Source: Anaeromyxobacteraceae bacterium (GTDB lineage: Bacteria > Myxococcota > Myxococcia > Myxococcales > Anaeromyxobacteraceae). From it: a stretch of DNA of 64,000 bases. Where the stretch lies: positions 2,816,001-2,880,000 of the forward strand of contig JASGHJ010000002.1 of the NCBI GenBank assembly GCA_047602405.1, written 5' to 3'. The notes below the pieces were generated by a model that saw only the letters and a list, made by a program, of their open reading frames with translations, was not told the DNA's origin and did no database searches. Position 1 is the stretch's first letter. The number at the start of each line of letters is the position of its first letter. Positions 49,245 to 59,318 of this stretch are shown here, piece by piece. Made by a program: the position numbers and the translations under genes.

Positions 49245-49922
49245 TCAGATGCGCAGCGCGCTCAGCGCCGGGTCGGCTTCCAGCGCTGCGTCCAGCCGGG
49301 CCACGAAGGCGTCGGGCTTCTCGGTCCTGAGGAGGTCCGGCGTGGCCTCGAGCGCCCTCGCGCGGATGCCGCCGCGGGCCTGCGCGTCGTCGCCGGCCAT
49401 CACCGCGGCCAGCGCCTCGAGCGCCTCGCCGCCGCCGCGCGCGAGGTCGCGCTGCAGCGCCCGGTGGTTCATGACCGCGAAGCGCCACGCGTCCAGCTTC
49501 CGGCGCTCCTCCGGCGAGCCGGCCTGGCCGGCGGGGATCATCTGCACGTGGTAGTCGAGGGGCGAGAACTTCATGAGCGCACCGGTGATGAGATCGATGC
49601 CGCCCGAGGTGAGGGTGCTCGAGACGTCGAGGATGGCGACCGCGTTGAACTCGCGCTTGAGCTGGAACTCCTGGGTCTGGTACCCCGCCCGCTCGAACTT
49701 CGCGACGAACTGGCGGCCCCCCATGAAGTTGCGGGACATGGGCACGGTGAGCGGCAGCTCCCCGAGGTACTGGCCGTCGACGCTCAGCCGCACGTTCGGC
49801 ACGTTCGCCTCGAAGCGGAGCACGTCGGAGGTGCCGGTGAAGATGGTGGCGCAGCCGGCGAGCCAGGCGGCGGACGAGACGGCGACGGCGGCGGAGAGGG
49901 CGAGCGGATGGCGGACGCGCAA
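49245..49922 (-). CDS. PEGA-like domain lipoprotein
   Basis: Lipobox LAGCATIF, VDGQYLGELP, IDLITGA. Confidence 0.75.
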   Translation of the reverse strand: MRVRHPLALSAAVAVSSAAWLAGCATIFTGTSDVLRFEANVPNVRLSVDGQYLGELPLTVPMSRNFMGGRQFVAKFERAGYQTQEFQLKREFNAVAILDVSSTLTSGGIDLITGALMKFSPLDYHVQMIPAGQAGSPEERRKLDAWRFAVMNHRALQRDLARGGGEALEALAAVMAGDDAQARGGIRARALEATPDLLRTEKPDAFVARLDAALEADPALSALRI

Positions 49923-49982
49923 GGGAGGCTCCTCGGAGCTGGGTGAAGCCGTGATCCTACCCCGCGCGGCGGAGGCGGTACC

Positions 49983-50633
49983 ATGTCTCGCGTGAGCCCC
50001 CACCGAGAGGTGATCACCGGCGACGGGATCGCGTACCTCGCCCGCGGCCGCCTCCCGGCCGATCACGCCGTCGTGACCTCCCTCCCCGACCACTCCGAGG
50101 TGCCCCGGCTCGGCGTGGACGGCTGGAAGGCGTGGTTCGTGGAGACGGTGGCGCTCGCCTGCGGCGCGCTCGCCGACGAGGCGGTCGCGATCTTCTACCA
50201 GACCGACGTGAAGCACGACGGCCGCTGGATCGACAAGGGGCACCTCGTGCACGCCGGCTTCGACCGGGCGGGCGCGCAGCTCCTCTGGCACAAGGTGGTC
50301 TGCCGCGCGCCCGCGGGCACCACCACCTTCGGCCGCCCCGCCTACGCACACCTCCTCTGCGCGAGCCGCGCGCTCCGGCTCGAGCCCAAGCAGTCGTCGG
50401 CCGACGTGCTGCCCGCCCTCGGCGAGATGACCTGGGCGCGCGCGATGGGCCGGGCGGCGTGCGACGCCGTGGCGCGGTTCCTCGTCGACCACACGGCCTG
50501 CCGCACGGTAGTCGACCCGTTCTGCGGCGTGGGCACGATGCTCGCGGTCGCGAACCTGCACGGCCTCGACGCGGTGGGCGTCGAGCTCTCGGCGAAGCGC
50601 GCCGAGAAGGCCCGCAAGCTCACGCTGCGGTGA
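49983..50633 (+). CDS. SAM-dependent methyltransferase (N4/N6-methylase-like fold)
   Basis: VTSLPD and VVDPFCGVGT...GVEL. Confidence 0.8.
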   Translation: MSRVSPHREVITGDGIAYLARGRLPADHAVVTSLPDHSEVPRLGVDGWKAWFVETVALACGALADEAVAIFYQTDVKHDGRWIDKGHLVHAGFDRAGAQLLWHKVVCRAPAGTTTFGRPAYAHLLCASRALRLEPKQSSADVLPALGEMTWARAMGRAACDAVARFLVDHTACRTVVDPFCGVGTMLAVANLHGLDAVGVELSAKRAEKARKLTLR

Positions 50634-51861
50634 AGCCCACCCCCTCACCCCGGCCCTCTCCCGCGGCGCCGGGGGAGAGGGGGAGGTGAACCCGGTCCAC
50701 GAGGCGCCGCGCGACCTCCACGAGGCACGCCAGGCGGCGGTGCGCGCGCCCGGGGCCGGCCTGCGGCGGCAGCTCGGGCCGGCCGAGGAGCCGCACCGCC
50801 TGCTCGGCGCCGCCCGGGCGGCGGCCCAGGACCCGCGCGCAGGCGAGGCGCACGTCGGCGAGGTCGACGATGGGCGCGCCCTCGGCCCGCAGGAGCCCGA
50901 GCGCGTACGGCCCCCAGGCGCAGTAGAGGTCGCCCGGCCGCACGAACCGCGCGAAGCGCGCGACGGCCTCCGCCGCGGGCTCGCCTGCCAGGAGCCGCTC
51001 CGCGGGCAGCTCGAGGTGGGTCGCGACGCCGGGGCCGAGCGGCCGCCGGGGCGCGATCACCGCCTCGAAACGCTCGCCCGTCGACGGCCGCTCCGCCACG
51101 AGCTGCACGAGCTCGGGCTCGCCCTCGAGGGAGCTCCCCTCGGCCCACGCGTTCGCCTCCGCGTAGATCGCGACCACGTCCCCGGGGCGCCGCGCGAGCT
51201 CGGCGACCGTCGCGTCGACGCGCGGCCGGCGGGGCCCGCGCCGCTCGAGCCGGCGCGGCGGGCCGGTCCGGCGCGCCTTCTCCTCGAGCTGCAGGTCCAC
51301 CATCCGGTCGAAGGCCTCGAGCACCGGCAGGAACCGCTCCGGCTCGCCCTCGAGCGCGCCGAGGAGGTGCACGAGCGCCTCGATCGTCGAGACGCAGTCG
51401 GCGGAGGGCTCCCGGCGGATGCGGTAGTTGCTCGGCCGCTCCGGCGCGAGGCCGATGCGCGGCAGCGCCTGCAGGAACGGGTTGAGGCGGATGAGCTTCC
51501 TCGCCTGGGACCAGGTGCCGTCGACGACCACGACCGTGCGGGGCGGCCGCCCCCGGAGCGCGGCGGGGTCGACGGCCCCCGGCCCCGGGAAGAGCAGCAT
51601 CGTGCCCTCCTCCGCCGCGACCTCGCGCACCCGCGGGTGATCCTCGAAGGAGACCCCGAGGTGGAGCTCGGAGTTGGGCAGCGAGAGGTGGGCCATGCGG
51701 GCGGTGCCGATGGCGGTCTTCCGCTCGCGGACGTGCTGGAGGATGCAGGCGCGGGTCGCGCTCGCCGTGGGCCTGAGGTGCCGGCACCAGCAGGCGCGGC
51801 GGGCGCGGTAGCACCGGGGGCAGCGCTCGCGGTGGGCGGGGATCGCGGGGGCGTCGAGCAT
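50620..51861 (-). CDS. DTW-domain tRNA-uridine aminocarboxypropyltransferase with a C-terminal extra domain
   Basis: CPRC..C.C, QH.RE, VVDGTWSQARK, YRIRREP, STIEA. Confidence 0.88.
   Translation of the reverse strand: MLDAPAIPAHRERCPRCYRARRACWCRHLRPTASATRACILQHVRERKTAIGTARMAHLSLPNSELHLGVSFEDHPRVREVAAEEGTMLLFPGPGAVDPAALRGRPPRTVVVVDGTWSQARKLIRLNPFLQALPRIGLAPERPSNYRIRREPSADCVSTIEALVHLLGALEGEPERFLPVLEAFDRMVDLQLEEKARRTGPPRRLERRGPRRPRVDATVAELARRPGDVVAIYAEANAWAEGSSLEGEPELVQLVAERPSTGERFEAVIAPRRPLGPGVATHLELPAERLLAGEPAAEAVARFARFVRPGDLYCAWGPYALGLLRAEGAPIVDLADVRLACARVLGRRPGGAEQAVRLLGRPELPPQAGPGRAHRRLACLVEVARRLVDRVHLPLSPGAAGEGRGEGVGFTAA
50640..50684. repeat. REP-like element, family 2
   Basis: CCCCTCACCCCGGCCCTCTCCC...GGGAGAGGG. 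Lies within the DTW gene 3' end. Confidence 0.7.
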
Positions 51862-52000
51862 CGACGGCCGGAGGTGTACCACGGGCGCCCGGGGCGGGTC
51901 AGGGCGCCGGGCGCTCCGCCGTTCACGTTCCCGTCATCTGCCGTCGTCTAGCTTCGCGTGCAGCTCGGGGTCTCTCCCACCCCGCGAGGAGACACGTCAG

Positions 52001-53050
52001 ATGAGAACCGTGAAGGTCTGGGATCCCGTCGTCCGGCTGTTCCACTGGGGGCTCGCGCTCACCGTCCTGGGCTCCTTCCTCACCTCGGACGAGGACGCCC
52101 TCGTCCCCACCCACGTGAAGCTCGGCCTCGCCGTCGTCGCGCTCGTCGTGACCCGGCTCGCCTGGGGGCTCCTCGGCCCCGGCCCCGCCCGCTTCTCGAG
52201 CTTCGTGAAGCGCCCGCGGGAGGTGCTCGCCTACGCGCGCGAGCTCCTGCGCGGCCGCCCCACCCTCCACCTCTCCCACAACCCGCTCGGCGGCGCGATG
52301 GTGGTCGCGCTCCTCGCCGTGCTCGCCGGCCTCGCCGCGACCGGCGCGCTCGTCTACGCCGGGCCGGAGTTCCAGGGCCCGCTCTCGGGCGTCCTCTCGA
52401 AGGGCGGCGCGCACGCCGTGAAGGAGGTGCACGAGGGGCTCTCGGCCGCGCTGCTCGTGCTCGTCGGGCTGCACGTCGCGGGCGTCGTCGGCTCCTCGCT
52501 GCTCGAGCGCCAGAACCTCGTGCTCGGGATGATCACCGGCAGGAAGCGCGCACCGGACGGCGAGGCCGCCCCGGCGCCCGCCCCGTCCTGGCTCCCCCTC
52601 GCCCGCGCGGCCGGCGCCGCGACCGCGATCGCGCTCGGCGCCGCGGCCGCCTTCGGGCTGGGGTTCATCCTGGGGGTGCCGTCCCGCGCGGCCGCGGGCG
52701 GCGACGTCTCCCGCGGCCTCCTCGAGGAGTACGCCGCCGCCGCGAAGGCGGCCCGGCCCGGCTTCGCGGGCTTCTCGGCCGCCGAGGGGCGCCGCATCTA
52801 CACGGCCGAGCACGTCCAGGCGGGGCAGAAGGTGTCCTGCGCGACCTGCCACACCGACGACCCGCGCCGGACCGGCCGCACGCCCATCGGCAAGGTGGTC
52901 GAGCCGCTCGCCCCCGCGGCGAACCCGGCCCGCCTGACCAATCGCGCCGACGTCGAGAAGTGGTTCCGCCGGAACTGCACGCAGGTGCTGGGCCGGGAGT
53001 GCACCCCCGAGGAGAAGGGGCACTTCGTCACCTACCTCCTCTCTCCCTGA
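52001..53050 (+). CDS. Cytochrome b (Ni-hydrogenase b-type) fused to an SHP/DUF1924-like c-type cytochrome
   Basis: WDPVVRLFHW, SHNPLG, VHE, LHVAG, then SCATCH and KWFRRNC...REC. Confidence 0.88.
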   Translation: MRTVKVWDPVVRLFHWGLALTVLGSFLTSDEDALVPTHVKLGLAVVALVVTRLAWGLLGPGPARFSSFVKRPREVLAYARELLRGRPTLHLSHNPLGGAMVVALLAVLAGLAATGALVYAGPEFQGPLSGVLSKGGAHAVKEVHEGLSAALLVLVGLHVAGVVGSSLLERQNLVLGMITGRKRAPDGEAAPAPAPSWLPLARAAGAATAIALGAAAAFGLGFILGVPSRAAAGGDVSRGLLEEYAAAAKAARPGFAGFSAAEGRRIYTAEHVQAGQKVSCATCHTDDPRRTGRTPIGKVVEPLAPAANPARLTNRADVEKWFRRNCTQVLGRECTPEEKGHFVTYLLSP

Positions 53051-53066
53051 GTCCGAGGACCACGCC

Positions 53067-53658
53067 ATGAAGATCCAGCCGAAGCACGCCGCCCTCGCCG
53101 TCGCCCTCCTCGCCGCCACCGCCACCCTCGCCTCCGCCGGCGAGCACGGCCGCGACCGGGAGCGCGAGCACGAGGAGCGCGAGGGACACGAGGAGCACGA
53201 GGGGCGCCGGGAGCACGACGGGCGCGGCGCCCGCGCCGGGGGGGAGCGGGCGGGGCGCGGCGCCCCCGCGTCCGCCGCGGCGATCGAATCCCACCTACGC
53301 GAAGGAGTGCGGAGCGTGCCACCTCGCCTACCCGCCCTCCCTCCTGCCCGCGGCGGGCTGGCGCGGCGTCATGGCTGGCCTCGACCGCCACTTCGGGCAG
53401 GACGCCGCGCTGGACGAGGCGACCCGCGGCCGGATCGAGGCGTGGCTCGTCGCAGGGGCCGGCCGCGACCGCGGGCCCGCGGACGGCGATCCCTCACGGA
53501 TCTCCGGCCAGCGCTGGTTCGTGCGCGAGCACCGCGAGGTCCCCGCGGGCGCCGTGGCGCGCCCGGCGATCCGCTCCTGGGCGAACTGCCAGGCCTGCCA
53601 CGCCGGCGCCGCGGGCTGGGATTTCGACGACGATCGGGTGAAGATCCCCCGGGGCTGA
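53067..53658 (+). CDS. Diheme cytochrome c (DHC), frameshifted near 53283
   Basis: Signal and His/Glu-rich stretch. The shifted frame reads YAKECGACHLAYPP...HFG...NCQACH. Confidence 0.85.
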
Positions 53659-53661
53659 CCC

Positions 53662-54351
53662 ATGCGCATCCTGGTCGTCGAGGACACCCGGCCGCTCGCG
53701 CGGTCCATCGCCGACGGGCTCTCCGAGGAGGGCTTCGCGGTGGACGTGTGCCACGACGGCGAGGACGGGCTCCACCTCGCCTCGGAGATCGCCTTCGACG
53801 CGATCGTGCTCGACCGGATGCTCCCCTCCCTCGACGGCCTCACGGTGCTCTCCCGGCTGCGCGCGAAGGGCGTCCGCACCCCGGTCCTGCTCCTCACCGC
53901 GCTCGGCGAGGTGCGGGACCGGGTGGACGGGCTCGACGCGGGCGGCGACGACTACCTCGTGAAGCCCTTCGCGTTCGACGAGCTCCTGGCCCGGGTGCGG
54001 GCGCTCGTGCGCCGCAGCCAGGGCCACGCCCGCAACGTGCTCGAGCTCGGGCGGCTCCTCCTCGACCTCGGGGCCCGGGTGGCCTCGGTGGACGGCGCGC
54101 CGCTCGAGCTCTCGGCGAAGGAGTTCGCGCTCCTCGAGCTCCTCGCGCTCGCCCGCGGCAAGACGTTCTCGCGCACCGAGATCGCCGCGAAGCTCTACGA
54201 CGAGGAGAGCGACCGCGACTCGAACGTCATCGACGTGTTCGTGGCCCGCCTGCGGCGGAAGCTCGACGCCGCCGGGCTCGACGGCGCGGCGCTCGTGGTC
54301 ACGATGCGCGGCGCCGGCTACCGGCTCGCGCCCGGGGAGGCGGCCCGGTGA
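53662..54351 (+). CDS. OmpR-family response regulator
   Basis: ILVVED, LDRMLP, DDYLVKPF and a winged helix (RGAGY). Confidence 0.95.
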   Translation: MRILVVEDTRPLARSIADGLSEEGFAVDVCHDGEDGLHLASEIAFDAIVLDRMLPSLDGLTVLSRLRAKGVRTPVLLLTALGEVRDRVDGLDAGGDDYLVKPFAFDELLARVRALVRRSQGHARNVLELGRLLLDLGARVASVDGAPLELSAKEFALLELLALARGKTFSRTEIAAKLYDEESDRDSNVIDVFVARLRRKLDAAGLDGAALVVTMRGAGYRLAPGEAAR

Positions 54352-55751
54352 CGCTGCGCGCGAAGCTCGTGCTCCTCGTGGTGGGCCTCGTGGCCGCTGT
54401 CCTGCTCGCGCTCGGCGGGTTCCTCGACCGCTCCTTCCACCGCTGGTCGGGGGAGGCGACCGAGCACGAGCTCGAGGAGCGCGCGGCGCTGCTCGCCTCC
54501 CGGCTCGAGTACGAGCACGGCCGGGAGCTGCAGCTCGAGGACGACGACGAGGAGCACGGCACGCCGCTCCACGACCCGGCCCACCCCTACCGCGTGACCG
54601 CGCCCGGCGGGGAGGTGCTCCTCTCGCGCCCGGGCTTTCCGTGGCCGGCCGCGGAGGCGGGCCGCGCGCCGCGGGTGGAGGGCGTGACCGACGCCGGCGG
54701 GCGCGCCTGGAAGATCGTGACGGGGCGGTTCCCGATCCCCGAGAAGCACGGCCGGGGCGGGACGGTGATCGTGCAGGTCGCCGGCCCGGCCTCGCCGTTC
54801 ACGGCGCTCGAGGGCCCCTTCCGGCGGGGCCTCGTGGTCGCGGTGGCGGTCGCCCTCCTCCTCGCCGCGCTCGCCGCGGCCGCCCTGACGCACGCGTCGC
54901 TCGCGCCGCTCGACCGGCTCGCCGGCCAGGTCGACGCGATCGGAGCGCGCTCGCTCGACCGGCGCGTCGCCGAGGACGGGCTCCCGCCCGAGCTCCGCGG
55001 GCTGGCGCGCGCCTTCAACGCGCTGCTCGGGCGGCTCGAGGAGGCGATGCAGCGCGAGCGCCAGCTCGTGGCGCGGGCGAGCCACGCGCTCCGCACGCCC
55101 ATCGCGACCATCCGCTCGCGCGCCGAGGTCACCCTGCGCCGCGATCGCGACCCGGAGGCGTACCGCGCGGCCCTGCGGGAGGTGGACGAGGCGGCGGCGG
55201 AGGCCGGGCGGCTCGTGCAGGGGCTCCTGCAGCTTTCGCGGCTCGACGAGGCCGGCCGGGAGGAGCCCCGGGAGGACGTCGAGCTCGCCGCGCTCGTCGC
55301 CGGCGCGGTCCGCCTCCTCTCGCCGCGCGCGGAGCTCGCCGGCGTCGCCCTGGAGGCGGACGTGGGCGCCGGGCTGCGCGTGCGCGCGACGCCCGGTGCG
55401 CTCCGGGAGCTCGTCGAGGCGCTCCTCGACAACGCGGTCCACTACACGCCCCGCGGCGGCAGGGCGGGGGTCCGCGCGGCTGCGGCCCCCGGCGGCGGCG
55501 CGGAGCTCCGGGTCTGGGACACGGGCCCGGGCATCCCGGCGGAGGAGCGGGAGCGGGTCCTCGAGCGCTTCCAGCGGGGCGCCGCGGCCCAGGCCTCGGG
55601 CAGGCCCGGCAGCGGGCTCGGGCTCGCGATCGTGAAGGCGATCGCGGACGCCCACGGGGCGACGCTCACGCTCGGCGACCGCCCGGGCGGCGGGCTCGAG
55701 GTGGCGGTCGCGTTCCCTCCCGCGCTGGACGGCCCCCGGGCGGTCGGCTAA
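54348..55751 (+). CDS. HAMP-domain sensor histidine kinase
   Basis: Two TM segments, HAMP, SHALRTP, NAVHY, DTGPG, GSGLGL. Confidence 0.92.
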   Translation: MTLRAKLVLLVVGLVAAVLLALGGFLDRSFHRWSGEATEHELEERAALLASRLEYEHGRELQLEDDDEEHGTPLHDPAHPYRVTAPGGEVLLSRPGFPWPAAEAGRAPRVEGVTDAGGRAWKIVTGRFPIPEKHGRGGTVIVQVAGPASPFTALEGPFRRGLVVAVAVALLLAALAAAALTHASLAPLDRLAGQVDAIGARSLDRRVAEDGLPPELRGLARAFNALLGRLEEAMQRERQLVARASHALRTPIATIRSRAEVTLRRDRDPEAYRAALREVDEAAAEAGRLVQGLLQLSRLDEAGREEPREDVELAALVAGAVRLLSPRAELAGVALEADVGAGLRVRATPGALRELVEALLDNAVHYTPRGGRAGVRAAAAPGGGAELRVWDTGPGIPAEERERVLERFQRGAAAQASGRPGSGLGLAIVKAIADAHGATLTLGDRPGGGLEVAVAFPPALDGPRAVG

Positions 55752-55775
55752 CACGGGGCCTCCGGAGGTTCCCCC

Positions 55776-57162
55776 GTGCCGCCCACGGCCACTGCCGCCC
55801 TCCTCGCCTGCATGCTCACCACCACGCCCGCCTCGCGCTGGACCGCCTACGAGACCTCCCGCGACGGGAAGGCGCCGCTCGCCCCGCCCGCCACCGCCGG
55901 CGCCGGCGGAGGCCCCGAGATCGCCGTCGACCCCGGGGAGGGCTTCCAGGGAATCCTCGGCTTCGGCGGCGCGCTCACCGAGTCGTCGGCCTGGGTGCTC
56001 GCGCAGCTGCCACCTGCGCGGCGCCTCGAGGTGCTGCGCCGCTACTTCGACCCCGCGGACGGCCTCGGCTACACGCTCGCCCGCACGCACGTGAACTCGT
56101 GCGACTTCTCGCTCCACATGTGGGAGCTCGATCCCGTCCCCGGCGACTACGACCTGCACGGCTTCTCGCTCGAGCCCATGCGGCGCTGGCTCCTGCCGCT
56201 CCTCCACGACGCGCAGGCGGCGGCGGGCGGCGCGGGCAAGCTCCGGCTGCTCGCCTCGCCGTGGAGCCCGCCGTCCTGGATGAAGACGAACGGCACCATG
56301 GACCGGGGCGGGAAGCTCCGGCCGGAGTACGCACCGTCCTGGGCCGGGTACTACGTGCGCTTCGTGGAGGAGATGGAGAAGGAGGGCCTCCCGGTCTGGG
56401 CGCTCACGGTCCAGAACGAGCCCGAGGCCGCGCAGCGCTGGGAGTCCTGCGAGTACACGCCGGAGGAGGAGCGCGACTTCGTGCGCGACCACCTCGGCCC
56501 GGCCCTCGAGCGCGCCGGCCTCGCGCGCGTGAAGCTCCTCGGCTGGGACCACAACCGCGACCGGCTCGAGGCGCGCGCCGCGGCGATGCTGGGCGACCCC
56601 GCCACCGCGCGGTACCTGTGGGGGCTCGGGGTGCACTGGTACGTGAGCGACGACTTCGCCGCCTCCGCCCGCGTCCACGCCGCCCACCCGACGAAGCACC
56701 TCCTCTTCACCGAGGGGACCGTGGAGGGCGCGCGCATCGGCCTGTGGGAGAACGCCGAGCGCTATGCCCACCAAATCATGGGCGACCTCTCGAACTTCGT
56801 GGAGGGCTGGATTCGACTGGAACGTGGTGCTCGACCAGCGGGGCGGGCCGAACCACGTCGGCAACTTCTGCGACGCGCCGGTCATCGTCGACACGCGCAC
56901 GAAGGAGGTCCGCTACGGCCCGTCCTTCCACGCCATCGCCCACTTCTCCCGGTTCGTGAAGCCGGGCGCGCGGCGGATCGCCTCGCGCGCGGCGGCGGGC
57001 GCGCCGGAGGCCATCGCCTTCCGGAACCCGGACGGCGCGGTCGCGATCGTGCTCCTCAACGCGACCGACCGGGCCGTCGACTTCACGCTGCGCGTCGGCG
57101 CGGAGGCGCGGCCGGCGCGGATCCCGGCCCACGCCATCCAGACCCACCTCCTCCGGCCGTGA
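55776..57162 (+). CDS. Glycoside hydrolase family 30, frameshifted near 56812
   Basis: GFGGA.T, SPWSPP.WMK, QNEP, FTEG. Continues DWN...HFSRFVKPG in the shifted frame. Confidence 0.88.
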
Positions 57163-57185
57163 CCCTCCCCGTGAAGGCCGCCTCG

Positions 57186-57905
57186 ATGCGTCTCGCCCCG
57201 TGGCTGATCGCCGCCCTCGCGGCCCCCCTGCTCGCGGCCGGGGCCCCGCCTTCCGACGACCGCAGCGGCCTCTCGCGCTACCGGGCCGCGAACGCGCGCC
57301 TCGGCCCTCCCCGGCCCGACGAGCAGCGCGTCGTCCTCCTGGGCGACTCGATCGTCGAGGACTGGCCCGTCCGCGGCGCGGCGCTCTTCCGCGGCCGCCC
57401 CTGGATCGGGCGCGGCATCGCCGGCCAGACCACCGCGCAGCTCCTGCTCCGGTTCCGGCAGGACGTGGTGGAGCTCCGGCCCGCGGCGGTGGTGGTCCTC
57501 GGGGGCACGAACGACGTCGCCGGCAACGACGGCCCGTACCGGGAGGAGGAGACCGTCGCGAACGTCACCGCCATGATCGAGCTCGCCCGCCAGAGCCGGA
57601 TCCAGGTGGTCCTCGCCGCGGTGCTCCCGGCGGCCAGCTACCCGTGGCGGCCGGGCGGCGACCCGCCGGCGAGGATCCGTGCGCTCAACGCGCGCCTGCA
57701 GGCGCTCGCGGCGGCCACCGGCGCCGGCTGGGCCGACCTCCACGGGCCGCTGGCGGACGCGCGCGGCGGGCTCCCGCCCGCGCTCAGCGAGGACGGCGTG
57801 CACCCGAACGCCGCCGGCTACGCACGCATGAACCCGATCGTCGAGCGCGCCGTGCGCGAGGCCCTCGGGGTGAAGGCCGCGTCGCAGCCCGGCGGCGCGC
57901 CGTAG
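57186..57905 (+). CDS. SGNH/GDSL hydrolase (secreted)
   Basis: GDSI, GIAGQTT, GTND, DGVHP. Confidence 0.92.
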   Translation: MRLAPWLIAALAAPLLAAGAPPSDDRSGLSRYRAANARLGPPRPDEQRVVLLGDSIVEDWPVRGAALFRGRPWIGRGIAGQTTAQLLLRFRQDVVELRPAAVVVLGGTNDVAGNDGPYREEETVANVTAMIELARQSRIQVVLAAVLPAASYPWRPGGDPPARIRALNARLQALAAATGAGWADLHGPLADARGGLPPALSEDGVHPNAAGYARMNPIVERAVREALGVKAASQPGGAP

Positions 57906-57934
57906 GGCGGGCCGCGCCCGCGCGGCGCGCCGGT

Positions 57935-58780
57935 TCAGGGCCGCCGCGCCTCCAGCCGCGCGAGGTCGTCGGCGTGCATGCTCACCCCGCCGAACTTGCG
58001 GTCGGGCGAGATGGCGGGGCCGTGGTAGTCCGACCCCGCGGTCGGCACGAGGTCGTACGCCTCGGCGAGCCGCAGGTACTTCTCGCGCATCGACGGGTTC
58101 TGCTCGGCGTGGTGGACCTCGATGCCCGAGGCGCCCGCCTGGCGGAGGTACTCGATCGCCGGCTTCTCGAGGCCGGAGAGGCCGGGGTGGGCGATGGTCA
58201 CGGTGCCGCCCGCCTTCCGGACGAGGGCGACGGCGTCCTGGGCGAGGAGGCGGTAGCGGCCGACGTAGGCGGGCTTGCCCTCGCCGAGGTAGCGGTCGAA
58301 CGCCTCCCGCACGTTGAGGACCGCGCCCGTCTCCACGATCGCCCGCGCGACGTGCGGGCGGCCGATCGTCTTCCCGCCGCTGTGCTTCTCGATGTCGGCC
58401 TCCGAGAGCACCACCCCGAGCGCGGCCAGCTTCTTCACGATCTCGCCCATGCGCCGCCGGCGGTGGTCGGCGAGGAGATCCTCGAAGGCGCGCAGCTCGG
58501 GCGAGGCGGGATCCACGAAGTGGCCGAGGAGGTGGATCTCGCGCCGCTCGCGGTCGCTCACGTGGCAGCTGAGCTCGATGCCGGGCACGAACCGCACCCC
58601 GAGCCGCCCCGCGGCCTCCGCCGCCTGCGGGAGCGCCGCCACGGTGTCGTGGTCGCACAGCGCCCACACCTTCACGCCCGCCGAGGCGGCGAGCGCCGCG
58701 ACCTCGGCGGCCGGGTACTGGCCGTCGGAGGCGAGGCTGTGGGAGTGAAGATCGATCGTCCCGCCTTGACCGTCCGCCAT
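57935..58780 (-). CDS. PHP domain phosphoesterase (TrpH/YciV-like)
   Basis: DLHSHS.ASDG, DHD, GIELS, GRPH, AHP, GSDYHG. Confidence 0.92.
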   Translation of the reverse strand: MADGQGGTIDLHSHSLASDGQYPAAEVAALAASAGVKVWALCDHDTVAALPQAAEAAGRLGVRFVPGIELSCHVSDRERREIHLLGHFVDPASPELRAFEDLLADHRRRRMGEIVKKLAALGVVLSEADIEKHSGGKTIGRPHVARAIVETGAVLNVREAFDRYLGEGKPAYVGRYRLLAQDAVALVRKAGGTVTIAHPGLSGLEKPAIEYLRQAGASGIEVHHAEQNPSMREKYLRLAEAYDLVPTAGSDYHGPAISPDRKFGGVSMHADDLARLEARRP

Positions 58781-58813
58781 GTGCCGCACCTCGGAGCCTT
58801 CTGAAGCAGGGCG

Positions 58814-58822
58814 TGCTAGGAT
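58814..58822 (+). promoter_or_regulatory. Extended -10 promoter element for the Rrf2 gene
   Basis: TG-C-TAGGAT, 10 nt upstream of the ATG. Confidence 0.45.
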
Positions 58823-58832
58823 AGTCAACCGG

Positions 58833-59315
58833 ATGCAGCACGTCCTCCGCATCTCCCGGAAGATCGACTACGGCCTCAGGGCCATGATCTACCTCGCCAG
58901 CATCCCGGCCGAGGCGGTGGTCCCGTTCAGGGAGATCGCCCGCCAGATGGACGTCCCCGAGGACTTCCTGGCGAAGATCCTGAAGACCCTGGTGGACCAC
59001 ACCCTGGTCCGGTCGACCCGCGGACCGCACGGGGGGTACGCGCTCGCCCGGCCCGCCACGGACATCAGCTTCCTCGACGTCATCGAGGCGGTGGAGGGCC
59101 CGGTCGCGGTGAACGTGTGCCTCGACGGCGAGGACGCCTGCGGGCACTCGACCCAGTGCACCATGGTGCACGTCTGGCGGCTCGGCCAGGACCGGATGCT
59201 CGACGTCTACCGGCAGGCGAAGCTCGCCGAGCTCGCGTTCAAGCCCGGCCAGGGCGGCAACATCGGCCTCGTCCAGCTCGACGCCGCCGGCGCCCGGGCG
59301 ACGCCGCAGGGCTAG
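58833..59315 (+). CDS. Rrf2 family transcriptional regulator (IscR-like, three Cys)
   Basis: DYGLRAM, STRGPHGGY.LAR, and C-x6-C-x5-C. Confidence 0.92.
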   Translation: MQHVLRISRKIDYGLRAMIYLASIPAEAVVPFREIARQMDVPEDFLAKILKTLVDHTLVRSTRGPHGGYALARPATDISFLDVIEAVEGPVAVNVCLDGEDACGHSTQCTMVHVWRLGQDRMLDVYRQAKLAELAFKPGQGGNIGLVQLDAAGARATPQG

Positions 59316-59318
59316 GCC

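Noticed and set aside
53067..55751. 894-aa fusion of the DHC signal to the histidine kinase
   Set aside because: An artefact of the frameshift near 53283. The frame runs through DHC and the regulator out of frame.
55776..57905. GH30-SGNH fusion protein
   Set aside because: The GH30 C-terminus is in another frame ending at 57162, and the SGNH gene has its own signal peptide.
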